Of a stretch of DNA of 64,000 nucleotides, positions 18,597 to 27,287 are shown one piece after another. The translations under genes and the position numbers were made by a program. Every line of letters starts with the position of its first letter. Position 1 is the first letter of the stretch. The notes beneath the pieces are model-generated. The model was not told the origin of the DNA, searched no databases, and worked only from the letters and a program-made list of their open reading frames with translations. Source of the DNA: a virus (taxonomy: Duplodnaviria > Caudoviricetes); the IMG/VR virus record IMGVR_UViG_3300017585_000131, positions 6,289 through 70,288 of that record; one strand, given 5' to 3'.

Positions 18597-18923
18597 TTAG
18601 TATTTTCTACGGTTTGAGCAGACTGCGTTGTAGATTATCTTGACCTTTGGCAGGTATTTGTTCGGCTTGTCGCCACATTTGAAACCGCTAATTGTACTCT
18701 CTTTCGTTTTGCGGTCAGGGTCGTACCATTGCTTCCGTGCTTTCTGCAAGTCTGCATTTGGGTGGATGAAGAAATCGCGAAATCGTGGGTCGTTGCCGAC
18801 TTTATGAAATGTCGCAAGGTGCTTTCTCCACTTCGTTATCTTGATTATTGCGCCGCACAGCCTGCATTTAGTGCAAGGAAATGGTTTTAGCTCGCTCTTT
18901 TTATTGTGTTTTGAACCTTTCAT
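18597..18923 (-). CDS. Basic hypothetical protein with C2H2-like motif
   Basis: CRLC..HLATFH. Confidence 0.55.
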   Translation of the reverse strand: MKGSKHNKKSELKPFPCTKCRLCGAIIKITKWRKHLATFHKVGNDPRFRDFFIHPNADLQKARKQWYDPDRKTKESTISGFKCGDKPNKYLPKVKIIYNAVCSNRRKY

Positions 18924-18930
18924 CTTTCAA

Positions 18931-19431
18931 CTATCTCTTAAATAGTAATATGAAACCACCGACAAGGTATATGAGCAAAACGATGGATAAAGGTCCTGTG
19001 AATAAGTAATCCCATATAGTAGGCTCACAAATCCCCGTGTCGTCTGAAAACAGCAAAAATCCACCACAGAAGAAATACCAAATAAAACCAAGTGGAATTA
19101 ATGCGATAAGCGAACATATTATGATAAGAGGATATATTGCCCATTCTTTAGGTTTAGCAAGCATTGCGAGCCACTTTTTTAGTTTGACTTGCTTGCATTT
19201 CCACTTCCACCTCCATTTGTAATACCAGCGTTTATAAAGAGGACGGTTGGCATATTCTATACGCCGTGATTCACACTCTCTTAAATTTTGCAGTTTCTTC
19301 ATTTGTCTTTGCAAGTATCTTTCAAGGTGTCCCCTTCTTTTTGGAGACATCTGAAGATTTTGTAGCTTGTATTTCGCTACCAGTATGTTATTGTTAAGTG
19401 TGTCTATTGTCTCTTCTTCCCACGAGTTCAT
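18931..19431 (-). CDS. Hypothetical membrane protein (two C-terminal TM segments)
   Basis: Hydrophobic C-terminal helices; likely start MNSWEE. Confidence 0.65.
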   Translation of the reverse strand: MNSWEEETIDTLNNNILVAKYKLQNLQMSPKRRGHLERYLQRQMKKLQNLRECESRRIEYANRPLYKRWYYKWRWKWKCKQVKLKKWLAMLAKPKEWAIYPLIIICSLIALIPLGFIWYFFCGGFLLFSDDTGICEPTIWDYLFTGPLSIVLLIYLVGGFILLFKR

Positions 19432-19433
19432 GT

Positions 19434-19826
19434 TTATTCTATCAGTTTTTCGTATATGCACCTCATGCAAAGGTCGCCTATGGCTTCTGACTCCAGTTTC
19501 GCCACTATGGACGGGTCTTCATAGTTATCCCACTCACGGAATACCCGTAGTTTTTTGCGCTTTCCGAGATACGAGCCTGAACACTCTATCTGTTCGGGCT
19601 TCAGCTTGAAGGAAATGTGTGCTACGTTTTTCCGGCTGTCAGTCCACCGTATCTTCTTGTTTTGCAGGAACGCCGCCACACTGAATGGCGGTCGATCGAC
19701 AGGCAGCCCCATCATCTGAAGCATTTGCCTACCCTCGTCTTTTTCACCAAAGAAACCTAAGGTCGTCTCGTTTACATAAAATCCATTTACGGTTACGTTT
19801 TCGTTAATTTTTGTTCTGCGTCTCAT
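19434..19826 (-). CDS. Hypothetical protein
   Basis: Co-oriented ORF. Confidence 0.6.
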   Translation of the reverse strand: MRRRTKINENVTVNGFYVNETTLGFFGEKDEGRQMLQMMGLPVDRPPFSVAAFLQNKKIRWTDSRKNVAHISFKLKPEQIECSGSYLGKRKKLRVFREWDNYEDPSIVAKLESEAIGDLCMRCIYEKLIE

Positions 19827-19836
19827 TTGTTAGTGA

Positions 19837-20601
19837 TTATTCATCACTGCCGTCATCAATCTCTTCAGGGAACGGATATTCATTGTAAGGGAATATCTCG
19901 TCCAGTGCATCTACACAATCCTCCCCTATATACTCGGATTGCATCTTGCAAAACTGGGCGGGAGTGTAATCTTCCTCGTCATCAATCTCGCTTTCAGTAT
20001 CATTCTCTACGCCACGATAGGACACGTGGAAGTAAATCATGTTCCTCTTCAGCTTGAAAGACATCGTTACTGGGTTGTCGTGCCCGTCAGTCCAAGATGT
20101 TTGTCCTGTGGAGAGGAATTGCTCTACGTCGAATGGTATGCCGTCGTAATAATGCCCCATACAACATAATAGGCAATATCCCTTAGCATCGCCGTCAAAG
20201 TCCAAGAAACTTTCAAGGAATTGCTTTGGGTAGAGTGAATTTATGCGTCTTTGGGTTATGCCCTGTGCCTTGATTGTCTGCTTGACTATATCATAATCAG
20301 ACAAGCGCACACTTTCATACTCCTTGTTGTTTATCGGCACTTGGACGGCGCAAATCTGAAATATGTCTGTACCGCCTTCAGTATTGCAATAAGCACAGTT
20401 CTCTTCCTCCAATTCTTGTCTGGCACGTTCCAAGACATCGGTCTCGTCAGAACCATTGATGCAATAAAAGTCAACGTCTTTGTTTATCATTCTGAGGGCT
20501 GCGTCTATGGCTTCCTCTCTCGTGCTGTAAGCGTTCTCTGATGGTGTTGATAATTCACCGTCATCAGACCCTTGTACGACTATATAAAATTTTCTTTTCA
20601 T
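19837..20601 (-). CDS. Highly acidic hypothetical protein
   Basis: D/E-rich co-oriented ORF. Confidence 0.7.
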   Translation of the reverse strand: MKRKFYIVVQGSDDGELSTPSENAYSTREEAIDAALRMINKDVDFYCINGSDETDVLERARQELEEENCAYCNTEGGTDIFQICAVQVPINNKEYESVRLSDYDIVKQTIKAQGITQRRINSLYPKQFLESFLDFDGDAKGYCLLCCMGHYYDGIPFDVEQFLSTGQTSWTDGHDNPVTMSFKLKRNMIYFHVSYRGVENDTESEIDDEEDYTPAQFCKMQSEYIGEDCVDALDEIFPYNEYPFPEEIDDGSDE

Positions 20602-20732
20602 ATTTAGTTAAACTTTTAAGTTTGTAAAGTTAATAAAAATTTGCTACCCCCCCCCTCATTTTAGGTTTCTTTAACACAAAATTTATACATTTTTGTCTAA
20701 ATAATGTGCTTTATCGTATAAAAGTCTATGAA

Positions 20733-22010
20733 TTATGCAGCTTTTCTTTGCGCTACAACCTTGACGTTATCTTCCATCAGCTTGACTATTCGGTCGTGGT
20801 ATTCCGAGGGTTGATTGCAATAAGAACGACTTTGGATGACCTTCAGGGTATCGAGTGAAAGCTCTATAACCTCTTTAATCTCGTTGCCTGCCCTTGCCAG
20901 CAAGATAAGACTGGAGTCTTTTTCATAGTATCTCATGTGACCAAGACAGATGTGCATATCGTCACCAAGACGGTAGAAATCATCGACCTTATCCACCACA
21001 CCAATGTTTATTAAACCGTCAGTTATCGTCAGCCCGAAGAACTTTGATTTGACCTCATTGAAATGGGCTTGCGCCACCCTCGCCCTTTCACGCTCTTCTT
21101 TGCGCTTCTTCTGATTTCTTTTGGTGTTTGCCCTGTCAATCCAATAGTCGTGCGCCGTTTGAAGGTTATCTGGGCAGATGAAATGGGGGTTGTGCGTGTC
21201 TCGCTCGCAATAACGAAGAGCGTTTATCATATCGCACCACATCTGAACATCAGTGAACTTGTAATGGTTACGATGAGCCACTTTGTACTCAGCCCAGTAA
21301 TCATCCACAGTATGATAACCACAGGCAACGAAATGACTGAGAACGTTTAAGTCACCATTCTTTATCATCGTTTCGTATATGGGATTGGATAAGATAGCCT
21401 GAAGCAAGTCAACCACACCGCAATTTCCACAGTCACCCTTGAAGCCGCGCTTTCTTATGACTGGGGCGGTGTGCCTATATGGAGCGAGAAAACAGGACGC
21501 GACATAGCGGTAGCAATCATTGTCATTGCGCAAGTCAAGCTCACCGCTATACAACGCAAAGCTATCCAAATAATGCCCCGTAGTGCGAGGAACGCCAATC
21601 ACCTCGACCTTGCCTTTGTCGTTTATGAAATGACGGCAAATCTCATACATTTCGTATTTTGGCATTTTGCCTTTATGGAACACTGCATCAAGGCGGTAGC
21701 TACGTACCACCTGCAAGCCCTTGACTGTGGTGAGGTAAGAGAAATAAGACTTGTCCTTGAAAGTGGATTTTGTCGTTGTCTGCACTTCCAGTTTCGCATG
21801 GCAGTGTGGGCAACGGATTTCGCCGCCCGCCTTATCACAAACAAATTCGTGTCCGCAATCAAGGCATACGGTTTTTCCACTTCTCAGGCGATAGGCGTAA
21901 TGATTTATCGTGTTGCGCCTTGCCCATTCAACAACTTGCTTTGGAGGTTCCGCTGGAAGATTAAATCCTACAGCGACCACCTCCTTTTGATATTGAGTTC
22001 TTGGTATCAT
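20733..22010 (-). CDS. PcfJ domain protein
   Basis: CLDCGH..CPHC zinc finger, DTHNPHFICPDNLQTAHD and G..MHIC..YYEKDSSLILLAR..IELSLDTLKVIQSR motifs. Confidence 0.85.
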   Translation of the reverse strand: MIPRTQYQKEVVAVGFNLPAEPPKQVVEWARRNTINHYAYRLRSGKTVCLDCGHEFVCDKAGGEIRCPHCHAKLEVQTTTKSTFKDKSYFSYLTTVKGLQVVRSYRLDAVFHKGKMPKYEMYEICRHFINDKGKVEVIGVPRTTGHYLDSFALYSGELDLRNDNDCYRYVASCFLAPYRHTAPVIRKRGFKGDCGNCGVVDLLQAILSNPIYETMIKNGDLNVLSHFVACGYHTVDDYWAEYKVAHRNHYKFTDVQMWCDMINALRYCERDTHNPHFICPDNLQTAHDYWIDRANTKRNQKKRKEERERARVAQAHFNEVKSKFFGLTITDGLINIGVVDKVDDFYRLGDDMHICLGHMRYYEKDSSLILLARAGNEIKEVIELSLDTLKVIQSRSYCNQPSEYHDRIVKLMEDNVKVVAQRKAA

Positions 22011-22027
22011 AGCGTTTGGTTTTAGGG

Positions 22028-22414
22028 TTAGAACAATGGGATAGACAATGGTTCTGGGATGTCGGAGTCTGATGTGGCCTTTGATTTCTTTGAACGGGTT
22101 TTCTTGGGTTTCGCTTTTGCATCTTGAATTTGCGCCGGTGCAGCGACCTCCACTTTACTCTTAGGGTCGTCAACCTTGATGTCATCCTCGTCATAGTAGT
22201 GTATGGCGAGTCCGTACACTTCGTCATCACTGACAGCGACACATTTCTCGTTGTTCTTGCGGTTGGCTTCTACTTGTTGAGTTATGTACTTGCAACATTC
22301 CTCTATCGACTTGTTCGGTTTTGCATAGGTCTGAGCGAATTGTGCATCTTCTTTTGCCATATTGTCAAGAAAAGACTTGATAGCGGTTTCAAATGAAGTT
22401 AGATTGAGTTCCAT
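22028..22414 (-). CDS. PcfK-like / AcrIIA9-family protein
   Basis: FETAIKSFLD..FAQTYAKPNKSIEECCKYI..SDDEVYGLAIHYYDEDDI..LSIPLF; paired with PcfJ. Confidence 0.8.
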   Translation of the reverse strand: MELNLTSFETAIKSFLDNMAKEDAQFAQTYAKPNKSIEECCKYITQQVEANRKNNEKCVAVSDDEVYGLAIHYYDEDDIKVDDPKSKVEVAAPAQIQDAKAKPKKTRSKKSKATSDSDIPEPLSIPLF

Positions 22415-22445
22415 ATTATTACAATTTAAAAAGTTAGACAATGAA

Positions 22446-22521
22446 TAACTCTTCAACCCTCATTGGCTCGCATACGCTCGCCCGCCGCTTTGCGGCGAAG
22501 AGTTGAAGGGTTGAAGAGTTA
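22446..22521 (-). promoter_or_regulatory. DGR IMH-region hairpin (CGCCGC-AAA-GCGGCG) nested in a 15-bp inverted repeat
   Basis: Hairpin at 22483-22497 and arms at 22446-22460 and 22507-22521, immediately after the stop of the VR-bearing gene. Confidence 0.7.
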
Positions 22522-22526
22522 AAGGG

Positions 22527-22652
22527 TTAATGAAATGCTGCAACGGCACGGACGTTGCCGCTGTTCGTCACCTTAGTGCCCCAGTGGTTGAGGTTGCCGA
22601 CGTTGAGGTACAAGAGCCAAGCGCCCTGCGCCGAGTGCTCGGTACTGCTCCA
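22527..22652 (-). other. Putative DGR variable region (VR)
   Basis: 16 of the 22 codons between AW and VR end in C (NNC, as expected from mutated AAC codons). Confidence 0.75.
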
Positions 22653-23210
22653 ATACCAACCGCCCTTAATCTGGCTACCGCCAGCAAGAGCAAGGGCGGC
22701 ATTGATTGAGCGTTTGTTGAGGTAGATAAGGTACAACTCAGCTACCGAAGGAATCCACTCGTCATCCTGAAGCGGTATGTCAGTGCCGATTTCACAGATG
22801 TGTATCGTATTTTTGAGACCGCCCCAATCAGCCACCGCATCCTCATATTCTGTGATATAACCATCATATTCAGTGTCATCTTCGTTATTTGTGAGTGGCT
22901 GCTCGTCATAGTCATTCAAGTTGACGGCGAGAGAGTGAGAACCCATAACTACGCCTATACGTTTGACGGACTTTGTGGGTTTGTTCTGCTTGGAGTAATC
23001 AAACAGCTCCTTAGAGCCATCATCATAGATGTAATAAACACCGTCAGTACTTAGCGTCGTTCCTTGAACAATCAGCCCACCGTCTTTGTATTGAAGCCAA
23101 TCGTAAATCTTTGACGCATTTTCACCAAAATCATTGGCGAGAGCGAGTTTCACACGCTGGTCGTCCGTAAGAGAGTCATACCAGTTTCTACGAATTTCTG
23201 TTGCTACCAT
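22527..23210 (-). CDS. DUF1566/Lcl (C-type lectin fold) protein with DGR-type variable region
   Basis: WIPSVAEL..YWSSTE..AW..L..G..TK.TN..VRAVAAF, the C-terminal signature of Bacteroidales DGR targets. Confidence 0.8.
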   Translation of the reverse strand: MVATEIRRNWYDSLTDDQRVKLALANDFGENASKIYDWLQYKDGGLIVQGTTLSTDGVYYIYDDGSKELFDYSKQNKPTKSVKRIGVVMGSHSLAVNLNDYDEQPLTNNEDDTEYDGYITEYEDAVADWGGLKNTIHICEIGTDIPLQDDEWIPSVAELYLIYLNKRSINAALALAGGSQIKGGWYWSSTEHSAQGAWLLYLNVGNLNHWGTKVTNSGNVRAVAAFH

Positions 23211-23233
23211 AAATGTAAGTTTTTAGATGTTAG

Positions 23234-23401
23234 TTACTTGCCACGACTCAGACAAACAGCCAGCTTGTCGATGTCATAGACGTTAAAATAGTTTTTGAGT
23301 TCGATAACTATCGAGGATTTCTGCTGTTGAAGCAGTTTCTTGATTGTGTCTGGGTTGCCTCCAAGATATAGCTCCAGACAGTTTTTCGCTTGTAAAGTCA
23401 T
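23234..23401 (-). CDS. 55-aa hypothetical protein not in the ORF track
   Basis: MTLQAKNCLELYLGG..LSRGK*, with an ACTATTA motif 18 nt upstream. Confidence 0.55.
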   Translation of the reverse strand: MTLQAKNCLELYLGGNPDTIKKLLQQQKSSIVIELKNYFNVYDIDKLAVCLSRGK

Positions 23402-23520
23402 GTCTTATTTGTTTTGAGATAATAGTTTTGAAAAGGTCGGCTCGATAAAAGCCAACTTGAATTTTCGTATTTTTAACATAAATATCAGCCAAATGTTGCT
23501 TAGTTTGACAACAAAATGAT

Positions 23521-23528
23521 TACCTTTG
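23521..23528 (+). promoter_or_regulatory. Bacteroidetes -7 element TACCTTTG for the TA operon
   Basis: Consensus match just before ATG 23534. Confidence 0.7.
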
Positions 23529-23533
23529 CACCG

Positions 23534-23869
23534 ATGAACCGAAAGATAATAGCATACAAGAGTTATTTCAAGGATTTCTACGATAGCCTTGATGAGGCTA
23601 CGCAAGAGAAAGTCCTCTACGTATTAATGCTTCTGAGGACGCAAGATAGGCTCCCGACGAAGTTTATCAAGTCCATAGGCAACGACCTGTATGAGTTACG
23701 AATAGAATATAACGGCAATATCTATCGCATATTTTTCGTGTTCGACGAAGGCAGGATAGTCGTGTTGTTTAACTGTTTCCAGAAAAAGACACAGAAAACG
23801 CCCGCATCCGAAATAAGAAAGGCGATTAAATTAAAGCAAGAGTATTATGCAAGCAAGAACAAGCAATGA
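23534..23869 (+). CDS. RelE/HigB-family toxin (Gp49/DUF891-like)
   Basis: KFIKSIGNDLYELRIEYNGNIYRIFF..VVLFNCFQKKTQKTP. Confidence 0.9.
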   Translation: MNRKIIAYKSYFKDFYDSLDEATQEKVLYVLMLLRTQDRLPTKFIKSIGNDLYELRIEYNGNIYRIFFVFDEGRIVVLFNCFQKKTQKTPASEIRKAIKLKQEYYASKNKQ

Positions 23870-24152
23870 GTATTTTGACGTTGACGCTTTGATAGACGAG
23901 CGTTTCGGCAAGCCCGGCACTCCGGCACGAATAGAGGCTGAAGAGAAAGCATACTCTTTCTACACAGGTCAGATAGTGGAAGACGCGAGAAAGAAAGCCA
24001 AGATGACGCAAGCAGAACTTGCGTCACGCATTGGCTCCAACCGTTCTTACATATCTCGTGTGGAGAAGGGCGTTACAGAACCCAAAGTTTCCACCTTTTA
24101 CAGGATAATGAACGCTTTAGGCTGCACTGTCGAGTGCGTTATGCCTGTCTAA
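23847..24152 (+). CDS. XRE-HTH antitoxin (HigA-like)
   Basis: ARKKAKMTQAELASRIGSNRSYISRVEKG; follows the toxin. Confidence 0.9.
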   Translation: MQARTSNEYFDVDALIDERFGKPGTPARIEAEEKAYSFYTGQIVEDARKKAKMTQAELASRIGSNRSYISRVEKGVTEPKVSTFYRIMNALGCTVECVMPV

Positions 24153-24167
24153 TGCCGCAATCTCCAT

Positions 24168-24422
24168 TCAGAATAAAGACGGGCTATTTGTCATATATTC
24201 CACATAAGTATCACGAACGCGAGTAAGGACTTGTGGCGTGTCAGGGGCAAGCTCTGAGATACGGAGCAATGGCACGTCACGATAAGAAAGGTAGATTTCA
24301 CCTTTGAACTCACGCACTTGTATCAAGTCTTCGCTTTGAAGTCTGAGTGACAGTTTGCGCTTTGCGATAGCGTGGCTACGTTTTCTTTGCAGCCAGTCTT
24401 TGAATTGCTTGATTATTCCCAT
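24168..24422 (-). CDS. Hypothetical protein
   Basis: Co-oriented ORF. Confidence 0.65.
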   Translation of the reverse strand: MGIIKQFKDWLQRKRSHAIAKRKLSLRLQSEDLIQVREFKGEIYLSYRDVPLLRISELAPDTPQVLTRVRDTYVEYMTNSPSLF

Positions 24423-24432
24423 ATTGTACGAA

Positions 24433-24690
24433 TTAAAGGTTTAGATTTATCCACTGGTAGATAGCTTCCTCTGCGGTGGGAGCGTCAGCCTCGGATGTAT
24501 ATGTGTTATAGATGAGATTGATTTCGTCAATCATCTTGTCGGCTTCATCGCCATCAAAGTAATACGACTCTTCAGCACTGCCGCCATCTATGGCAACGTA
24601 TGTAAGGGAAGTATTGATTTCCACTACGTAGCCATTAGACAGATAATGTTTACCGTTGAGCCATGTCGGAGAAAGAATTTCATGTTCCAT
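24433..24690 (-). CDS. Acidic hypothetical protein
   Basis: Likely start MEHEIL. Confidence 0.65.
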   Translation of the reverse strand: MEHEILSPTWLNGKHYLSNGYVVEINTSLTYVAIDGGSAEESYYFDGDEADKMIDEINLIYNTYTSEADAPTAEEAIYQWINLNL

Positions 24691-24907
24691 AGTTTTGTAT
24701 GTTATATATGTAATCCGTCTTTTAATACTTTGCCACAAAAAGGACAATATCGTAAACAACTTTTCATATCTTCTTTCTTGTAAAACTCTACTGATAAATC
24801 CATTATAGGACTGTATAGATGTTTTATACCTCTATACTTGTCTGTATAACCATGAGTAAAAGATTCACAAAATTTGCACATCGCTGATTTTCTTTATATT
24901 AACGTTC

Positions 24908-25276
24908 TTACCCCTCATATTGAGGTATCGCCATCCAGTGCAAGAACATTGATTCTTGTATCTCTTCAGGCATTTCTTGATTTACTCCAAATTCGTCTTC
25001 GTAGTGGATAAGGTTATCTTCCTCTATCCAACCGATAAAAGGAGTGTTATTGAGCTTCTGGAATAGTACTTTTTGGCGTATTGCAGGCAGGGCTAACTCC
25101 ATTTCAATCCATGATGATTGCTTTCGCTGCCACCGTGCGCCATCCAAGAACGCATCTTCAAAACGGCTTCGCAGGCAGTCTTCCTCATAGGCTCTTAAAG
25201 ACAAGATATTATTACAAAAATTATTTGCGGCTGCTAATCCATACTCTGTCGCAGTCTGTTTTACTGTCTGTTTCAT
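24908..25276 (-). CDS. DUF551-like protein, paralog of 25662-26027
   Basis: FEDAFLDGARWQRKQSSWI..LP..HWMAIP. Confidence 0.7.
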   Translation of the reverse strand: MKQTVKQTATEYGLAAANNFCNNILSLRAYEEDCLRSRFEDAFLDGARWQRKQSSWIEMELALPAIRQKVLFQKLNNTPFIGWIEEDNLIHYEDEFGVNQEMPEEIQESMFLHWMAIPQYEG

Positions 25277-25299
25277 ATTTATCTCTCCTCGCTTTGTTT

Positions 25300-25662
25300 T
25301 TAATCCATTAATAAACTTTTTGCATATTTCAAAGATTCTTCCCTATTAGATATGTTGGTCTTTTTAAGTAACATATCTGTGATTTCTACCGCCTTTGTGA
25401 CAATCTCTTCCTCTTGCATTTCCTTATATTTAGGATTGGCAATCATAGCTGATAAGAGATTCCCTGCAATATAACGCCTCTCCTCTCTTATCTTGTCAAG
25501 ATGTTTGTAAGCATCCCATTCAAGGTAATTTTTGTGGTATATCTCCCCCTCTTCTTCGCAATAATAAGCATCTCCGCTATAATTCAGTAATGCCAATCCT
25601 GTATCTCTGGTCAGATGAAGAATTTTGTCAGTTCCACATAATCTTGCTATAAATGAACTCAT
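25300..25662 (-). CDS. Hypothetical protein
   Basis: RRYIAGNLLSAMIAN..AVEITDMLLKK motif. Confidence 0.6.
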   Translation of the reverse strand: MSSFIARLCGTDKILHLTRDTGLALLNYSGDAYYCEEEGEIYHKNYLEWDAYKHLDKIREERRYIAGNLLSAMIANPKYKEMQEEEIVTKAVEITDMLLKKTNISNREESLKYAKSLLMD

Positions 25663-26027
25663 TACTTTTCCCTCCTCATTCTATTATTTTTTTTCGGTAG
25701 TTTGGGGATGGGCATCCAGTGGGTAATTTCATCTACTTCCACATCCTCGCCATAAACATCCCAAAACCATCCATTCTCTGTACGTCTTATTATTGCAAGG
25801 TCTGTAAAGTTACCGTCAGTTACCAGTACGTCATTATCATCGGGCAACTTGTCCTTTACGCTTATCCACGGCGACTGCTTGCGCTGCCATTCAGCCCCTT
25901 CAAGAAGCGCATCCTCGAACTTAGCGCAAAGAAAGTCAAAATTCGCATCGTCAATCGTTGTGCCATTCGTACAACTATTAGCTTTTTGCAAACCCAATTC
26001 CCTTGCTTTCTCTATTGTCTGTTCCAT
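25662..26027 (-). CDS. DUF551-family protein
   Basis: WISVKDKLP..VLV..EITHWMPIPKLP. Confidence 0.8.
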   Translation of the reverse strand: MEQTIEKARELGLQKANSCTNGTTIDDANFDFLCAKFEDALLEGAEWQRKQSPWISVKDKLPDDNDVLVTDGNFTDLAIIRRTENGWFWDVYGEDVEVDEITHWMPIPKLPKKNNRMRREK

Positions 26028-26052
26028 AACTATTTTGTTTAATATTTTTACG

Positions 26053-26508
26053 TTAGTTACTTTTTGCTTCCTTAGCCATTAGCAGAATTTTATTGACGTT
26101 TTCTGAGATTGGCATACAATTCTCCCAGTAATCAAGGTAGTCCAAGAGACTGTATGCTTCAAGCGTTTCTTCAGCCACATCCTGCCAATCACGGTAATTA
26201 TAATCACAAACCTCTATGAAGTCATTGGTGTTATCGATTGGCAATTCACGATCAATGAGCCAATAGCCTAAGAAATTGCAATATACGCCACGCTCTATGC
26301 TTATTGGCTCCACCCAGTCATTGTCCGCGTGGCGCAGGGCGTATATATGCCAATTTGAAGGCACTGTCGTTAAATCAAAACGCTCTTCAATAAGCAGTCC
26401 TGATATGTTCACCTCGCCTTGAACGTGGGGCAATTTGATCGTAATTGTCAGATATTGAGGCGCAAAGCCTTTATCTTCAATTATTTCGTTCCATGTTCTT
26501 ATTTTCAT
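26053..26508 (-). CDS. LPD28-like (polyvalent protein-associated) domain protein
   Basis: RFDLTTVPSNWHIYALRHADNDWVEP..CNFLG. Confidence 0.55.
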   Translation of the reverse strand: MKIRTWNEIIEDKGFAPQYLTITIKLPHVQGEVNISGLLIEERFDLTTVPSNWHIYALRHADNDWVEPISIERGVYCNFLGYWLIDRELPIDNTNDFIEVCDYNYRDWQDVAEETLEAYSLLDYLDYWENCMPISENVNKILLMAKEAKSN

Positions 26509-26662
26509 AATTCAGAATATCGATTGTCAATTAAAAACAGTTATATAAGTCACGCATTGCAAGCAGCTCTTCTTCACTGCGCACAATCATTTGCGAAAGG
26601 TCTTTTGAGAAGTCCTTTTTACGAGCGATTTTCTTTACTTTCATAATCGAATTACTTTTTAG

Positions 26663-26920
26663 TTATTCTTGCGCTTCCAGATATTTAATTATTTCCTCAT
26701 CGGGCAGATTGAAAGTTTCATCGTCAAGATAGAAATAAATCTCGCTGTCAACAACTTCAGCTTCCCGATAGCTCCAATTACCACGGTCTTGTTCGAGCTG
26801 TCGCAGCAACCGCTCGACAGACACCAATACAGTTTCCTCGTGGTCGTCAACGTGAATTGTCAATTCTTTGACTGGGTAGGATGCACCGTTCCAATCAATA
26901 TTCCAGCAGTTATCTTTCAT
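26663..26920 (-). CDS. Acidic hypothetical protein
   Basis: Co-oriented ORF. Confidence 0.7.
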   Translation of the reverse strand: MKDNCWNIDWNGASYPVKELTIHVDDHEETVLVSVERLLRQLEQDRGNWSYREAEVVDSEIYFYLDDETFNLPDEEIIKYLEAQE

Positions 26921-26921
26921 A

Positions 26922-27287
26922 TTATTTGTATGCTTTATGGTTACACCAAGATTTACGATAAGAAAATGCTGTTATGACAGAGATTGGTTTATCGTCATTC
27001 TCTGTGACATAGACATTAATGTAAAGATTACTGAGAGTGAACTTGCCGTCATTATCCTTATCGGCAGTAACCTCAAAAACAATGTTGGGATGTTTGTCTT
27101 CAGCACCACACCCAAACCAATAATCCCATAAGTCATCGTAGTGATTGGTGTCTATCATATCCAAGTAAATACGCTCAGAGTAGATGTCGTCGTCATACTG
27201 AAACAGGATGTCTATATATTGGCGTGGGCAGTTGTCTTGGTGCAAGCAAGGTAAAGAACCAATTGTATTTTTGTCTGTTTCTTTCAT
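26922..27287 (-). CDS. Acidic hypothetical protein
   Basis: Packed ORF. Confidence 0.7.
   Translation of the reverse strand: MKETDKNTIGSLPCLHQDNCPRQYIDILFQYDDDIYSERIYLDMIDTNHYDDLWDYWFGCGAEDKHPNIVFEVTADKDNDGKFTLSNLYINVYVTENDDKPISVITAFSYRKSWCNHKAYK

Noticed and set aside
23283-23605. Track ORFs 23283-23492 and 23405-23605
   Set aside because: They overlap the TA promoter or toxin. The 55-aa ORF 23234-23401 fits spacing and the upstream motif better.
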